IMG/VR virus record: IMGVR_UViG_3300005711_000021
Coordinates: 53,990-117,989 of that record
DNA: 64,000 nt
DNA from: a virus
Lineage: Duplodnaviria; Caudoviricetes
Strand: one strand, 5' to 3'
In this document: positions 10,877 to 19,947 of the stretch, in pieces
Position numbering within the stretch: position 1 is the stretch's first letter
How the letters are laid out: every line of letters starts with the position of its first letter
The notes under the pieces: generated by a model
Database searches by the model: none
The model's input: only the letters and a program-made list of their open reading frames with translations
What the model was told of the DNA's origin: nothing
Position numbers and translations under genes: made by a program

Positions 10877-12760
10877 ATGTTCCAAAATAATGCACGTATA
10901 GAAAATTTAACAGGCATAAGATTCTATGAACAAGACGTTTTATATGATGACCATACATATAGTGGAGATATAGAAATTATTATAAAAGCAGATTATGTTT
11001 CACCAGGTTTTGGCATAGCCCTCTTAAATAATGAGGGCTTGTCTTTACAAGAACAAAAAGAAATGATTTTATTTAGAACAGGTTTTAGAGAATCATCTGT
11101 TATTTATAAATATGGTTATTCACAAAAAAATATTAAACGTTATACTTCAATATTTAAGCCTCCACATAATAATATTTATTTTACTTTTTCAAAACAAGGA
11201 AGAAATATAAAACTATATTGTTCAAAACTAGATATACCTTTAATAGAATATACGCTACCAAATAATAACTGGGATAAATATAGTTTAGGTATTTATTCTA
11301 ATGCAGGTAATGTTATTAAAAGCATTAATATTGCATCATCAGTTCCTAAGAACTGGATTGTGAATATGTATAATACAGACGGTGGTTATGTTAAGTTTGT
11401 TAAATCAGGTTTTGAATTTATCTCTTGTAAAAACAATGCAGAGATTGAGCAGAATAATACATTATTAAAAAAAGGAACTTATTTCTTAAAATATGATGTT
11501 GATACAACTAAGCATAATGATATAAAAGCTTATGTTTTTAAATCTGGTGACGAACGAATAGATAATGAAAGTAAGAACTTATTAATAGACAATACTTACT
11601 TTGTTCTAGAAGAGGATACACGAATCAATATAAAATTTACAGGTAAAAATGGAGCTATTAAAAACATTAACTTATGTGAAAACTTATACGATCAGTATGT
11701 ACCAACTAAGGATGATAATTCTAAGATAAAAGGAAGCTATATAAAAATTGATTTAAACGAAGTTGAATATGTAACATGGACAGGTGCTATTTTTAATCTT
11801 CCTGATCAATCTATCATTGCAGATGAATCTGAAATACCTTATGTTATTAATAATAGCTATGAAAAATTAAATGTAGATAACCTTAGAATAGAATTAAAAA
11901 AGATGTATATCTATACTTATTATACAGATGAAATGAAGTTAATTATTGAAGACCGTACTAATCCAAATAACGTTATTTTTCATAACTTTAATATAGGAAC
12001 AACTTCTTTAACAATATTTAATAATATGGATGCTTTAATCATTGATTTAAAAATAAAGAAGGCACAAGAAGATAATCTTATTGATTTCATAACAGATAGT
12101 TTAACTAAGAACTATGTACAAAGAGATATCGCTAGTCCTATTGTTGTAGTAGATAAAGAAAATATTCCATTAGATCTTTCAAGTTCTTATCGTTTTATTT
12201 ATGTTCCATTAAGTGAAGAAGATACTGCTTCTACTTATAAGAAATATATCTTTACGAATATAGAAAGAGAGATTTTTGAAGTAGATGATTATATACAATT
12301 AAGTAAACTACCTTCAAGAGAAAAAAGTAAAATAAAAGTTTATGGTATCTATAAAAATGCAAAAATCAATAAAGATAATTTTTATGCAAACTCTAGAGAA
12401 GGTATCGATGATTTAACTTTATATACAAATAACTATACTATTTTAGATAAAACAAAAATTAGTTACATAAACGAAAATACTGGTGAAATATATTTAACTG
12501 AGATTGATGATTTTGAATCTATAATTGTAGATTACGAAAAGAGAGAGAGCTACTGTATTAATTATTTCCCAGAGGTCTCTATGTATGAAGTATCAATTGC
12601 AAACGAAGGGCAAGAATCAACTATCATGTATGATGAACCTATTTTAAAGAATGGTATTTTAGAATCAGAACTTTATAGACCTTTAAAAGCTAACAGTACA
12701 ACTTATTTAAAACCAGTAAATAAACAATATATTGTATTAAGAAAGGAATGGAATGATTAA
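10877..12760 (+). CDS. Virion structural protein (beta-rich)
   Basis: Long ORF with RBS in the baseplate operon; no specific family recognised. Confidence 0.45.
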   Translation: MFQNNARIENLTGIRFYEQDVLYDDHTYSGDIEIIIKADYVSPGFGIALLNNEGLSLQEQKEMILFRTGFRESSVIYKYGYSQKNIKRYTSIFKPPHNNIYFTFSKQGRNIKLYCSKLDIPLIEYTLPNNNWDKYSLGIYSNAGNVIKSINIASSVPKNWIVNMYNTDGGYVKFVKSGFEFISCKNNAEIEQNNTLLKKGTYFLKYDVDTTKHNDIKAYVFKSGDERIDNESKNLLIDNTYFVLEEDTRINIKFTGKNGAIKNINLCENLYDQYVPTKDDNSKIKGSYIKIDLNEVEYVTWTGAIFNLPDQSIIADESEIPYVINNSYEKLNVDNLRIELKKMYIYTYYTDEMKLIIEDRTNPNNVIFHNFNIGTTSLTIFNNMDALIIDLKIKKAQEDNLIDFITDSLTKNYVQRDIASPIVVVDKENIPLDLSSSYRFIYVPLSEEDTASTYKKYIFTNIEREIFEVDDYIQLSKLPSREKSKIKVYGIYKNAKINKDNFYANSREGIDDLTLYTNNYTILDKTKISYINENTGEIYLTEIDDFESIIVDYEKRESYCINYFPEVSMYEVSIANEGQESTIMYDEPILKNGILESELYRPLKANSTTYLKPVNKQYIVLRKEWND

Positions 12761-14640
12761 TGAAAATATATCCTTCAAAACATAGCATTGTACAAACTTC
12801 TGATGTTGATTTAACAAAAGACATTCCTTTGGCTTATATTGATACTGAAGCAAAAGAATATAATTGTATTGTCCGATCCAAATTAGATTATGATGAAATC
12901 AAGCCTATTCTTCCATATCAAACATTTAATAGCTATGATGTTTCTCTTTTTAAGCCAAAGAAAAAAGGTGTAATTGATTCTAGTAGTGATTTCGTAAAAA
13001 TTGATCATGCTGACATTGTGCAAAGAGTAGGAGATGTATATCAATACATCCCTATTAGCACAACAACTTTTGTTCCTCAGGAGTTTGATTATTCAGTTGT
13101 TATAAAAAAGAATATCACTTATAAAACACAAGAAAACTATAATTTTAAAGTAGGTTGTTTAGATGATACAACGAAAAAAGCAGATCAACTGCTATCTAAA
13201 AAGCTATTAAAAGTCTTTGGTGATGCTCCTGCAAGAGGTATTTGTCCTATTAATACTTGGGTTAATAATAAAGATATTTCTGCTAATAGCTTAACTAATT
13301 CTAAGATGGATGAAATTGATTTTGTTTTTATTCAATCTAAAGATGGTTTTACAAATAAAACATATGATTATAGTACTTATGGTATTGTTGATAAACCTAT
13401 AAAGTTTGAAAAAGACTTTTTATCTAATCATACAAATGTATGGGTGTGTGTAGATAACTTCCCTATTACATTAGAAAACAAAGAAGCTGTACTTAAAGAT
13501 TCTAAATTATATTCTAATGTAGCTATTAATAATAGTACTTTCTTAAATACAAATGCTAGTAATACTACTTTTACTATTGAAACAGAAGATAAGGAAACTG
13601 TAAAAGTACATTATTTATTTAGCGGAGCTTATAGTGCTGCAATTGTAAAAGAATATGTAAATAAAGGATTTGTTATTTATACATCTAAAACATTTTTTGA
13701 TCAAATCGAAACAAATGCAAAAGTACTTTATGAAATCATGATGTATGTTTATAGCAATACTTATTTAGAATCTGAAACAGTTACTCAATGGATTACAGAT
13801 ACACCCCCTGATTATATAATTATTAATAACAAATTAAATACAATAGAAAAATTCATTAGTAGTAAACAAATTCATAGATTCTTTGATTTATCACAAAATG
13901 AAGTAATGTTTTCTAAGATTAATATCTCTGCAAAAAATGTAATCATGAGAGGAATAGTAAATGATTATATTACATTTGAAAAGCTTTATACTGGAGCAGA
14001 ACATGCTAAATATGCAGATCCTCCAAAACCATCAAGTAATATGATATCTGTTTATACGCCTCAAAGACAAATTATGTACTTCGATGAATTTGTTTATTCT
14101 ATTCAAGATAACATAGAAGATTGTATTAGCTGGACCAGAGAAGAAGACATGATTGTATTTAAGATTCGTTCTTTTAAACATACATATGGTAATGTTCATA
14201 TTTCATCTGAAGCTATTAACGATATAAAAATACCTTTAGTAACAACAATAGATTATCAACAAGTGCCAGTAGAAAATATAAATTTCTATATCTATAGCAG
14301 AGATAATATTTTAAACTATTGTGAAGTAACTAAGTATGAAGATACAATGGGAACAATCCTAGCACAAGTTAATATTATAAGAACTGATGGAGATATTAGT
14401 GTTTATGATATGAGAAGACGTGGTGGTGGTTTACCAGAGAATATGAAAGATAATCAAGAACTATTAGATATAGGATATATTAAAGGATTAGCTTATAGGA
14501 AATCAGGTGCTGTTGTCGTTACATTACCTAAACGTTTAGAAGAACATAAAGAACTAATTGAAAATGTTATAAGAAAACATATGGTAGCTGAAAAATTCCC
14601 TGTAATATTATTTGAGGATAATGTTTTAAATAAAGAATAA
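12760..14640 (+). CDS. Baseplate-associated structural protein
   Basis: Overlaps upstream stop (TAATG); C-terminal YDMRRRGGGLPE..LDIG...GAVVVTLP motif seen in large-phage baseplate proteins. Confidence 0.5.
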   Translation: MKIYPSKHSIVQTSDVDLTKDIPLAYIDTEAKEYNCIVRSKLDYDEIKPILPYQTFNSYDVSLFKPKKKGVIDSSSDFVKIDHADIVQRVGDVYQYIPISTTTFVPQEFDYSVVIKKNITYKTQENYNFKVGCLDDTTKKADQLLSKKLLKVFGDAPARGICPINTWVNNKDISANSLTNSKMDEIDFVFIQSKDGFTNKTYDYSTYGIVDKPIKFEKDFLSNHTNVWVCVDNFPITLENKEAVLKDSKLYSNVAINNSTFLNTNASNTTFTIETEDKETVKVHYLFSGAYSAAIVKEYVNKGFVIYTSKTFFDQIETNAKVLYEIMMYVYSNTYLESETVTQWITDTPPDYIIINNKLNTIEKFISSKQIHRFFDLSQNEVMFSKINISAKNVIMRGIVNDYITFEKLYTGAEHAKYADPPKPSSNMISVYTPQRQIMYFDEFVYSIQDNIEDCISWTREEDMIVFKIRSFKHTYGNVHISSEAINDIKIPLVTTIDYQQVPVENINFYIYSRDNILNYCEVTKYEDTMGTILAQVNIIRTDGDISVYDMRRRGGGLPENMKDNQELLDIGYIKGLAYRKSGAVVVTLPKRLEEHKELIENVIRKHMVAEKFPVILFEDNVLNKE

Positions 14641-14700
14641 TTTAGATATAAAAGCTATTAATAGCTTATCTAATATAAAAAGGTTAAAGGAGTGACATAA

Positions 14701-16767
14701 ATGGCTAAGAAATTAGAACAAATTGATTTTTCTGGTGGGATACGTGCAGAAAAAATTCAACATAACTTTGATGCATTAGAGGATCAGTTAGCAAGAGAAC
14801 GTCTTGCTATCGCTGGTCACGGTGTTTCTACAGGTCTTGATTTTACAGTCGATAAATTCAATGTAGAAATTAATGAAGGAAGCTTAATTGGTCATAACGG
14901 TAAAGAAGTTTTCTTAGATGCTAAAACAATAGAAATTGAATTACCTAGATTAAAACAAATAAAAGATGAAACTTATTTAGTTCAAAATGGCGGACAAATT
15001 ATTTTACCTAACATACCATACTGCTTACATAGAGAATCAGCAGTTAATATTAATTCATTACAAAATGGTATCACTATTCTTAACTATAATAATTCTGGAG
15101 AGAAAATTAAAATAAGAAATATTGTAGATAATGTTATTACTATTGATAACTCTTATAGTGGTACATTAGTAAAAATATCTTATAGTTATACTTATAAAAG
15201 ATATGATACGATTTATATTAATTTAGAAGGAGAAATTAAATTACTCGAAGGAACAACTTCTTCTGCTCCATCTATTATTATTCCAGAAGATAGTATGTAT
15301 GTTTTAGGATATGTAGAGATTGACCCTTATTCTATAGTTGGTACAAATAAAGTAGCTACACTTAAAATCAAAAAAGATATGAGAAGCTTACGTAATATCT
15401 TTACAGATTCAAATAATAGATTATTTATTTGTGGTGTGCCTTTTGATAATTTACAAATCATTCATATGGAACAACCAGAAAGACCATTCATTAATCAACT
15501 TTGGTATGATTCAGTAGCTAATAAATTAAAAGTATGGGTTGAATTAGATGGTATTGAACAATGGGTAAACGTAAACGATGATTCAACAATCCCTGTTGAA
15601 GAAGTTAAGATGTGGGAGCCAGATGAAAATCCATCCGATAGAAGATATTTTATTTTTAAATCTGATGAAATACAATATCACTTTGTGCCAAATCGTAATT
15701 GCTTAGATATAAGAATTGACCAAGGTATTCTACATAGAGATCAATTTGATGAAGTAACATTAAGAGAAGCGAAAACAAATAAAACATTAAGAGATTATTT
15801 AATAGCTAATCATGGTTATACAGAAGAATTTATTCAAAGTATCGATGAAAAATATGAAAATATCGGCATTGGATTTGTACTTGGTAGTCCTCTTGATAGA
15901 AAATGTTATGTAGAAGCAATAATTCATCATAGAGTACATGAAAATCCTTTAAGTAAAAGATTTCAAAGAACAGCAACTTTTGTTGCTACTAACTACTATA
16001 GAATTAGTAATTCTGAAAAATTATTTACTCTTGATGAATATTATAGATTCGGAGAACATCAATTAGAATTATTTTTAGATGGGAAACGATTAGAATGTGG
16101 AATAGATTTTATAGAAGGTAATGAAGCAGAATATGTTTATGATAAAGATCATGTCTTAATTTATCCTAAAAAAGGAAAAGCTATTAATACATTTTTAATT
16201 AAAAGAGATTTACCTTCAAATGCTATTCTTTCATATAAGATTACAACAAGTATTTATTCTTATGATCATGTAGAACAAGTAGTAGGTAATTTAGGTGATA
16301 GAATTAATGTTGCTGAAATAACAGCAAACAATGCAAAAACTGAAGTAGAAGCTATTAAATCAAATGTTAATACTCAGCTTCATGAAATTAAATCAGATGT
16401 TAAAGCTTTAAAAGAAAGTGATAAAGAACATTCTAACTTTCTTAAAGTAACAGATAAAATTGGTTCTAATAATTTATCACAAGATATTATTAATAAATTA
16501 CATAAAGGCTTTATTAATAAAACATTTACTAAAACAGCATCTCAAGTAGTTTTATTAGATGGCATTGCCCCAGAAGATTTAATCATTGCATTTGATATGT
16601 CTAAATCAACTGGTAATAATATTCTTAAAAGAATTGAAAATGATGAGCCTCAAGGAGATGGAGATTATTATATTGAACGTTCAGCAGGACAAGTAAAAAT
16701 GATGTTTAAATCTGCATCAACTGTAACTAATGGTTCATCTATCTATATTACTGGAATAAAATTCTAA
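14701..16767 (+). CDS. Tail/baseplate fibre-attachment protein
   Basis: RYDTIY..GEIKLLEG..S.P and QLWYDS fibre motifs; contains the LELFLDGKRL repeat domain and a coiled coil. Confidence 0.5.
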   Translation: MAKKLEQIDFSGGIRAEKIQHNFDALEDQLARERLAIAGHGVSTGLDFTVDKFNVEINEGSLIGHNGKEVFLDAKTIEIELPRLKQIKDETYLVQNGGQIILPNIPYCLHRESAVNINSLQNGITILNYNNSGEKIKIRNIVDNVITIDNSYSGTLVKISYSYTYKRYDTIYINLEGEIKLLEGTTSSAPSIIIPEDSMYVLGYVEIDPYSIVGTNKVATLKIKKDMRSLRNIFTDSNNRLFICGVPFDNLQIIHMEQPERPFINQLWYDSVANKLKVWVELDGIEQWVNVNDDSTIPVEEVKMWEPDENPSDRRYFIFKSDEIQYHFVPNRNCLDIRIDQGILHRDQFDEVTLREAKTNKTLRDYLIANHGYTEEFIQSIDEKYENIGIGFVLGSPLDRKCYVEAIIHHRVHENPLSKRFQRTATFVATNYYRISNSEKLFTLDEYYRFGEHQLELFLDGKRLECGIDFIEGNEAEYVYDKDHVLIYPKKGKAINTFLIKRDLPSNAILSYKITTSIYSYDHVEQVVGNLGDRINVAEITANNAKTEVEAIKSNVNTQLHEIKSDVKALKESDKEHSNFLKVTDKIGSNNLSQDIINKLHKGFINKTFTKTASQVVLLDGIAPEDLIIAFDMSKSTGNNILKRIENDEPQGDGDYYIERSAGQVKMMFKSASTVTNGSSIYITGIKF

Positions 16768-16787
16768 AATAGAAAGGATGAATTATT

Positions 16788-17228
16788 TTGAAAGAACCTC
16801 AAATTTCTTGGTATATAACAGAAAATGAATCTGTCAATTTAATTGATGGAGAACATTATGCTGGGGCTTATCGTCCCAGCAATATAGAAGCAACTTTTGA
16901 AATGCAAGTATGGAATAATAAATGGGGTACAGAAGATATTTCAGATGTTGAAAATCCTGTACTTGTTTTAATGTTTGATACACTTGAAGATTGTACGCTT
17001 TTACAATTTTGTAAGGTAAGAATTGATAACAGTCCATTTAAAGAATTAGAAATATTAGATAATAAAGGCATTCTACCATTAAATAGACCATTGTCTGGAA
17101 AAGCTAATAAAGGAACATCTAGTGACTCAAATAACTATTCTAAAATTACAATAAAATTTGGACCAATATATTATGGTATGAAAAATGGATTAAAAAGTTT
17201 ATTAGTAGACTTACAATTTAATAAGTAA
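16788..17228 (+). CDS. Hypothetical structural protein
   Basis: 146-aa ORF, TTG start with AAAGGA RBS, within the tail operon. Confidence 0.5.
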   Translation: MKEPQISWYITENESVNLIDGEHYAGAYRPSNIEATFEMQVWNNKWGTEDISDVENPVLVLMFDTLEDCTLLQFCKVRIDNSPFKELEILDNKGILPLNRPLSGKANKGTSSDSNNYSKITIKFGPIYYGMKNGLKSLLVDLQFNK

Positions 17229-17241
17229 AGGAGTGAAATAA

Positions 17242-19848
17242 ATGTATCAATTAGACGAGAAATTAATGGCTGATAATAGGGCAATTATTTCTATTGCTCC
17301 TGATAAAGATCATATTGAACCCAACCTAAAACCAGGTATGCAAGTTTTTGAAACAGAAGAAAGAGATACTTATGTTGTAGCAAGTGAAAGAAAGTATCAT
17401 CGTTTAATTCAAGAAGATGCTTTTACAAATAAAGTTCATCATGACTTAACTTTTGCAGGAAATATTACTGTAGAAAAAGACCTTATTGTAAAAGGTAATT
17501 TAACAAATCTTGAAACAGAAGATTTAATGGTAAAAGATAATATCATAGAATTAAATAAAGATGAAATTGGTAATGGTATTACAAAAGGTGCTGCAGGTAT
17601 CGAAATTAATCGTGGAAAAAAAGAACGTGCACGAATGCTTTTTACAGAAACAACAGATAGATTATCTACAACTGGTTTCACATTTAATCTTAATAATAAA
17701 AGTTTATTTTATATCTATCAAGATGGAAATATTAAAACTGATGGTGATTTAAAAGTAAATAATGCTACTATATCAACTGATACATCTATAGGTAGAAACT
17801 TAACTGTAAATGGACAATCTTCATTAAGAGGAACATTAGGCGTTGCACAAGCTACTACACTTAATAGCACACTTAATGTAAAAGGAACTTCTCTTTTAGA
17901 AGGAGCAACTTCTATAAGATCTACGTTAAATGTATTAGGTGCAACAACATTACAAAATATATTAACTGTACAAGAAACAGCTACTTTTAATAAAACATTA
18001 CATACTGTTGGCGATGTTACTTTTGATTCAAATATGCTATTAAAAGGTAATGCACAAATAAATGGTACTTTAGATGTAGGTAAAACAACTAATTTAAAAT
18101 CAAATTTAAATGTTACAGGGGCAACTGTACTTAATAGCATATTAACAGTTAAAAACAATACTTCATTAGAAATGAATTTAAATGTTAAAGGGAGTACAAC
18201 AATAAGTGGTACAGCTTCTGTTACTGGTAATTTAAGTACAACAACTATTACTAATACAAATAGTATTAGAACAAAAACTTTATCAACAGTTGAATCTGCA
18301 TCTATAGGTACAACATTATCTGTAGCTGGAGCAACGACTTTAAACGGAGCGGCTAATTTAAAAAATACTTTGACTGTAGATGGAGCTACTAATTTAAAAA
18401 GCACTTTAACTGTAACTGGCAATAGTACATTAAATAATTTAATCGTAAATGATTCAGCATCAATTGCTAAAAATCTTACGGTTAGAGGGGCAACTCTTTT
18501 AGAGAATACTTTAACCGTTAATAATAAATCTACTTTTAATGATAACGTTCAAATAAAAAAAGATTTATCAGTTGATCAAACATTGACTGTAGTAGGAAAT
18601 AGTAACTTCTCTAATGCTACAGCATCAGGTAATCTTACTGTAAGAGGAATAACAACACTTAATAAACTAAGTGTATCAGGAAATGCTAACTTTACAGGTC
18701 CTACAGATATTGTTAATTTAACAGCTGAAACAATAACAATGCGTTCTACAAGAAATGCTATTAAATGGTTAAACAATACTGAAACCTATATGTTATATGG
18801 AGCATCAACAAATGAAACTGGAAAAGGTTATACATTATATGATGCATCTAAAAATGATTACAATATTGTTTTAAAAGCTGAACAAGTAGCTGGCAAAGAA
18901 AAAGGATTTGTTTTTGTAAGTGGCACAACACCTATTTTCCATATTAACCAGATAGGTGTAAGAAGTACTAATAATATCTATGTTAAAAGAAATTCTACAT
19001 GGAGTCAGCTTTTAGCAAATAGTGATTCTCATAAAGCAAATCATAAAATAGGTGGTCATGACTTTTTATCTCCATCTGATATTGGAGCAGTAAAGAATAC
19101 AAGAAACACACCTGAACTTTTAACAGATGTAGAAAGTTCAAAACCTGTTGCAGGTATTAATGGTAGATTATTCTTCGCAAAAGATACAAAACGAATTTGG
19201 CAAGACTTAGGTAATGCATGGCAAATTATTGGTGGAGAACAAACAGTAAAATGGGCATCTATTATAGATAAACCATCTAACTTTACACCTACAGTTGCTT
19301 CTAAAACTGTGTTAGGTGGTGTTAAAATTGGTAAAAATATTTTAGTAGACCAAGATGGAACTATTCATGTACCAAAACAAACAATTGAGTATACTGTACA
19401 TGTAGAGGAAATTGTAGCAACTGAAAACCAAAGAACTTTTACATTAAGCAAACCATTCATGAAAGGTCAAAACCATGTTACACCACATATATACGGCAGA
19501 AGAATTCCACCTAGTGCTTATACGGAAACATCTAATAAAACAATTGTATTCAAGCAAGGCATACCAGCTGGCTCTGCGGTTGAGTTTTATGTATTAATAG
19601 TTCCTAATGATAATATTGCAAGTTTTGTAATTAAAGTTGAGGAATTTTATGTGGCATCTGGACAAACTGACTTTGTATTATCTCAAGGCAGATACTTAGT
19701 AGGATCTAATAAGTTAAAAGTATATTTAAATGGTGCTCTTATGCCAAGATCTGCATTTACTGAAGTTGACCAATCCTTAATTAAATTAAAACAAAGTCCT
19801 GGAGCAGGAAACCATATTATGATTGAATATACATGTATAGTATCTTAG
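17242..19848 (+). CDS. Long tail fibre with ~12-aa beta-solenoid repeats
   Basis: VKDNIIELNK..AGIEINRG motif, many TLxVxGxTxL repeats, ASKTVLGGVKIG, two C-terminal repeat domains. Confidence 0.7.
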   Translation: MYQLDEKLMADNRAIISIAPDKDHIEPNLKPGMQVFETEERDTYVVASERKYHRLIQEDAFTNKVHHDLTFAGNITVEKDLIVKGNLTNLETEDLMVKDNIIELNKDEIGNGITKGAAGIEINRGKKERARMLFTETTDRLSTTGFTFNLNNKSLFYIYQDGNIKTDGDLKVNNATISTDTSIGRNLTVNGQSSLRGTLGVAQATTLNSTLNVKGTSLLEGATSIRSTLNVLGATTLQNILTVQETATFNKTLHTVGDVTFDSNMLLKGNAQINGTLDVGKTTNLKSNLNVTGATVLNSILTVKNNTSLEMNLNVKGSTTISGTASVTGNLSTTTITNTNSIRTKTLSTVESASIGTTLSVAGATTLNGAANLKNTLTVDGATNLKSTLTVTGNSTLNNLIVNDSASIAKNLTVRGATLLENTLTVNNKSTFNDNVQIKKDLSVDQTLTVVGNSNFSNATASGNLTVRGITTLNKLSVSGNANFTGPTDIVNLTAETITMRSTRNAIKWLNNTETYMLYGASTNETGKGYTLYDASKNDYNIVLKAEQVAGKEKGFVFVSGTTPIFHINQIGVRSTNNIYVKRNSTWSQLLANSDSHKANHKIGGHDFLSPSDIGAVKNTRNTPELLTDVESSKPVAGINGRLFFAKDTKRIWQDLGNAWQIIGGEQTVKWASIIDKPSNFTPTVASKTVLGGVKIGKNILVDQDGTIHVPKQTIEYTVHVEEIVATENQRTFTLSKPFMKGQNHVTPHIYGRRIPPSAYTETSNKTIVFKQGIPAGSAVEFYVLIVPNDNIASFVIKVEEFYVASGQTDFVLSQGRYLVGSNKLKVYLNGALMPRSAFTEVDQSLIKLKQSPGAGNHIMIEYTCIVS
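17730..18730 (+). repeat. Coding repeat region (TLxVxGxTxL, ~36-nt period)
   Basis: Degenerate periodic repeats visible in the translation; boundaries approximate. Confidence 0.7.
19345..19597 (+). repeat. 253-bp domain duplication, copy 1 (copy 2 at 20371-20623)
   Basis: VDQxGxIH...VEFYVL encoded colinearly without indels in two adjacent genes. Confidence 0.9.
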
Positions 19849-19849
19849 T

Positions 19850-19879
19850 AAAAAGAACGCCCATAAAGCGTTCTTTTTT
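19850..19879 (+). terminator. Rho-independent terminator
   Basis: AAGAACGC-ccataaa-GCGTTCTT followed by T-tract. Confidence 0.8.
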
Positions 19880-19947
19880 ATGTAATACATCTTGTGTAGA
19901 GGTAATATGGGAATAGAAAGACTTAATAAAAAAATGAGGTGATAAAT

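Noticed and set aside
17718-18422. 234-aa antisense ORF and similar ones (17439, 20001, 30274, 42007, 48714, 56686)
   Set aside because: Shadows of biased or repetitive codon use in well-supported genes on the opposite strand; no independent support.
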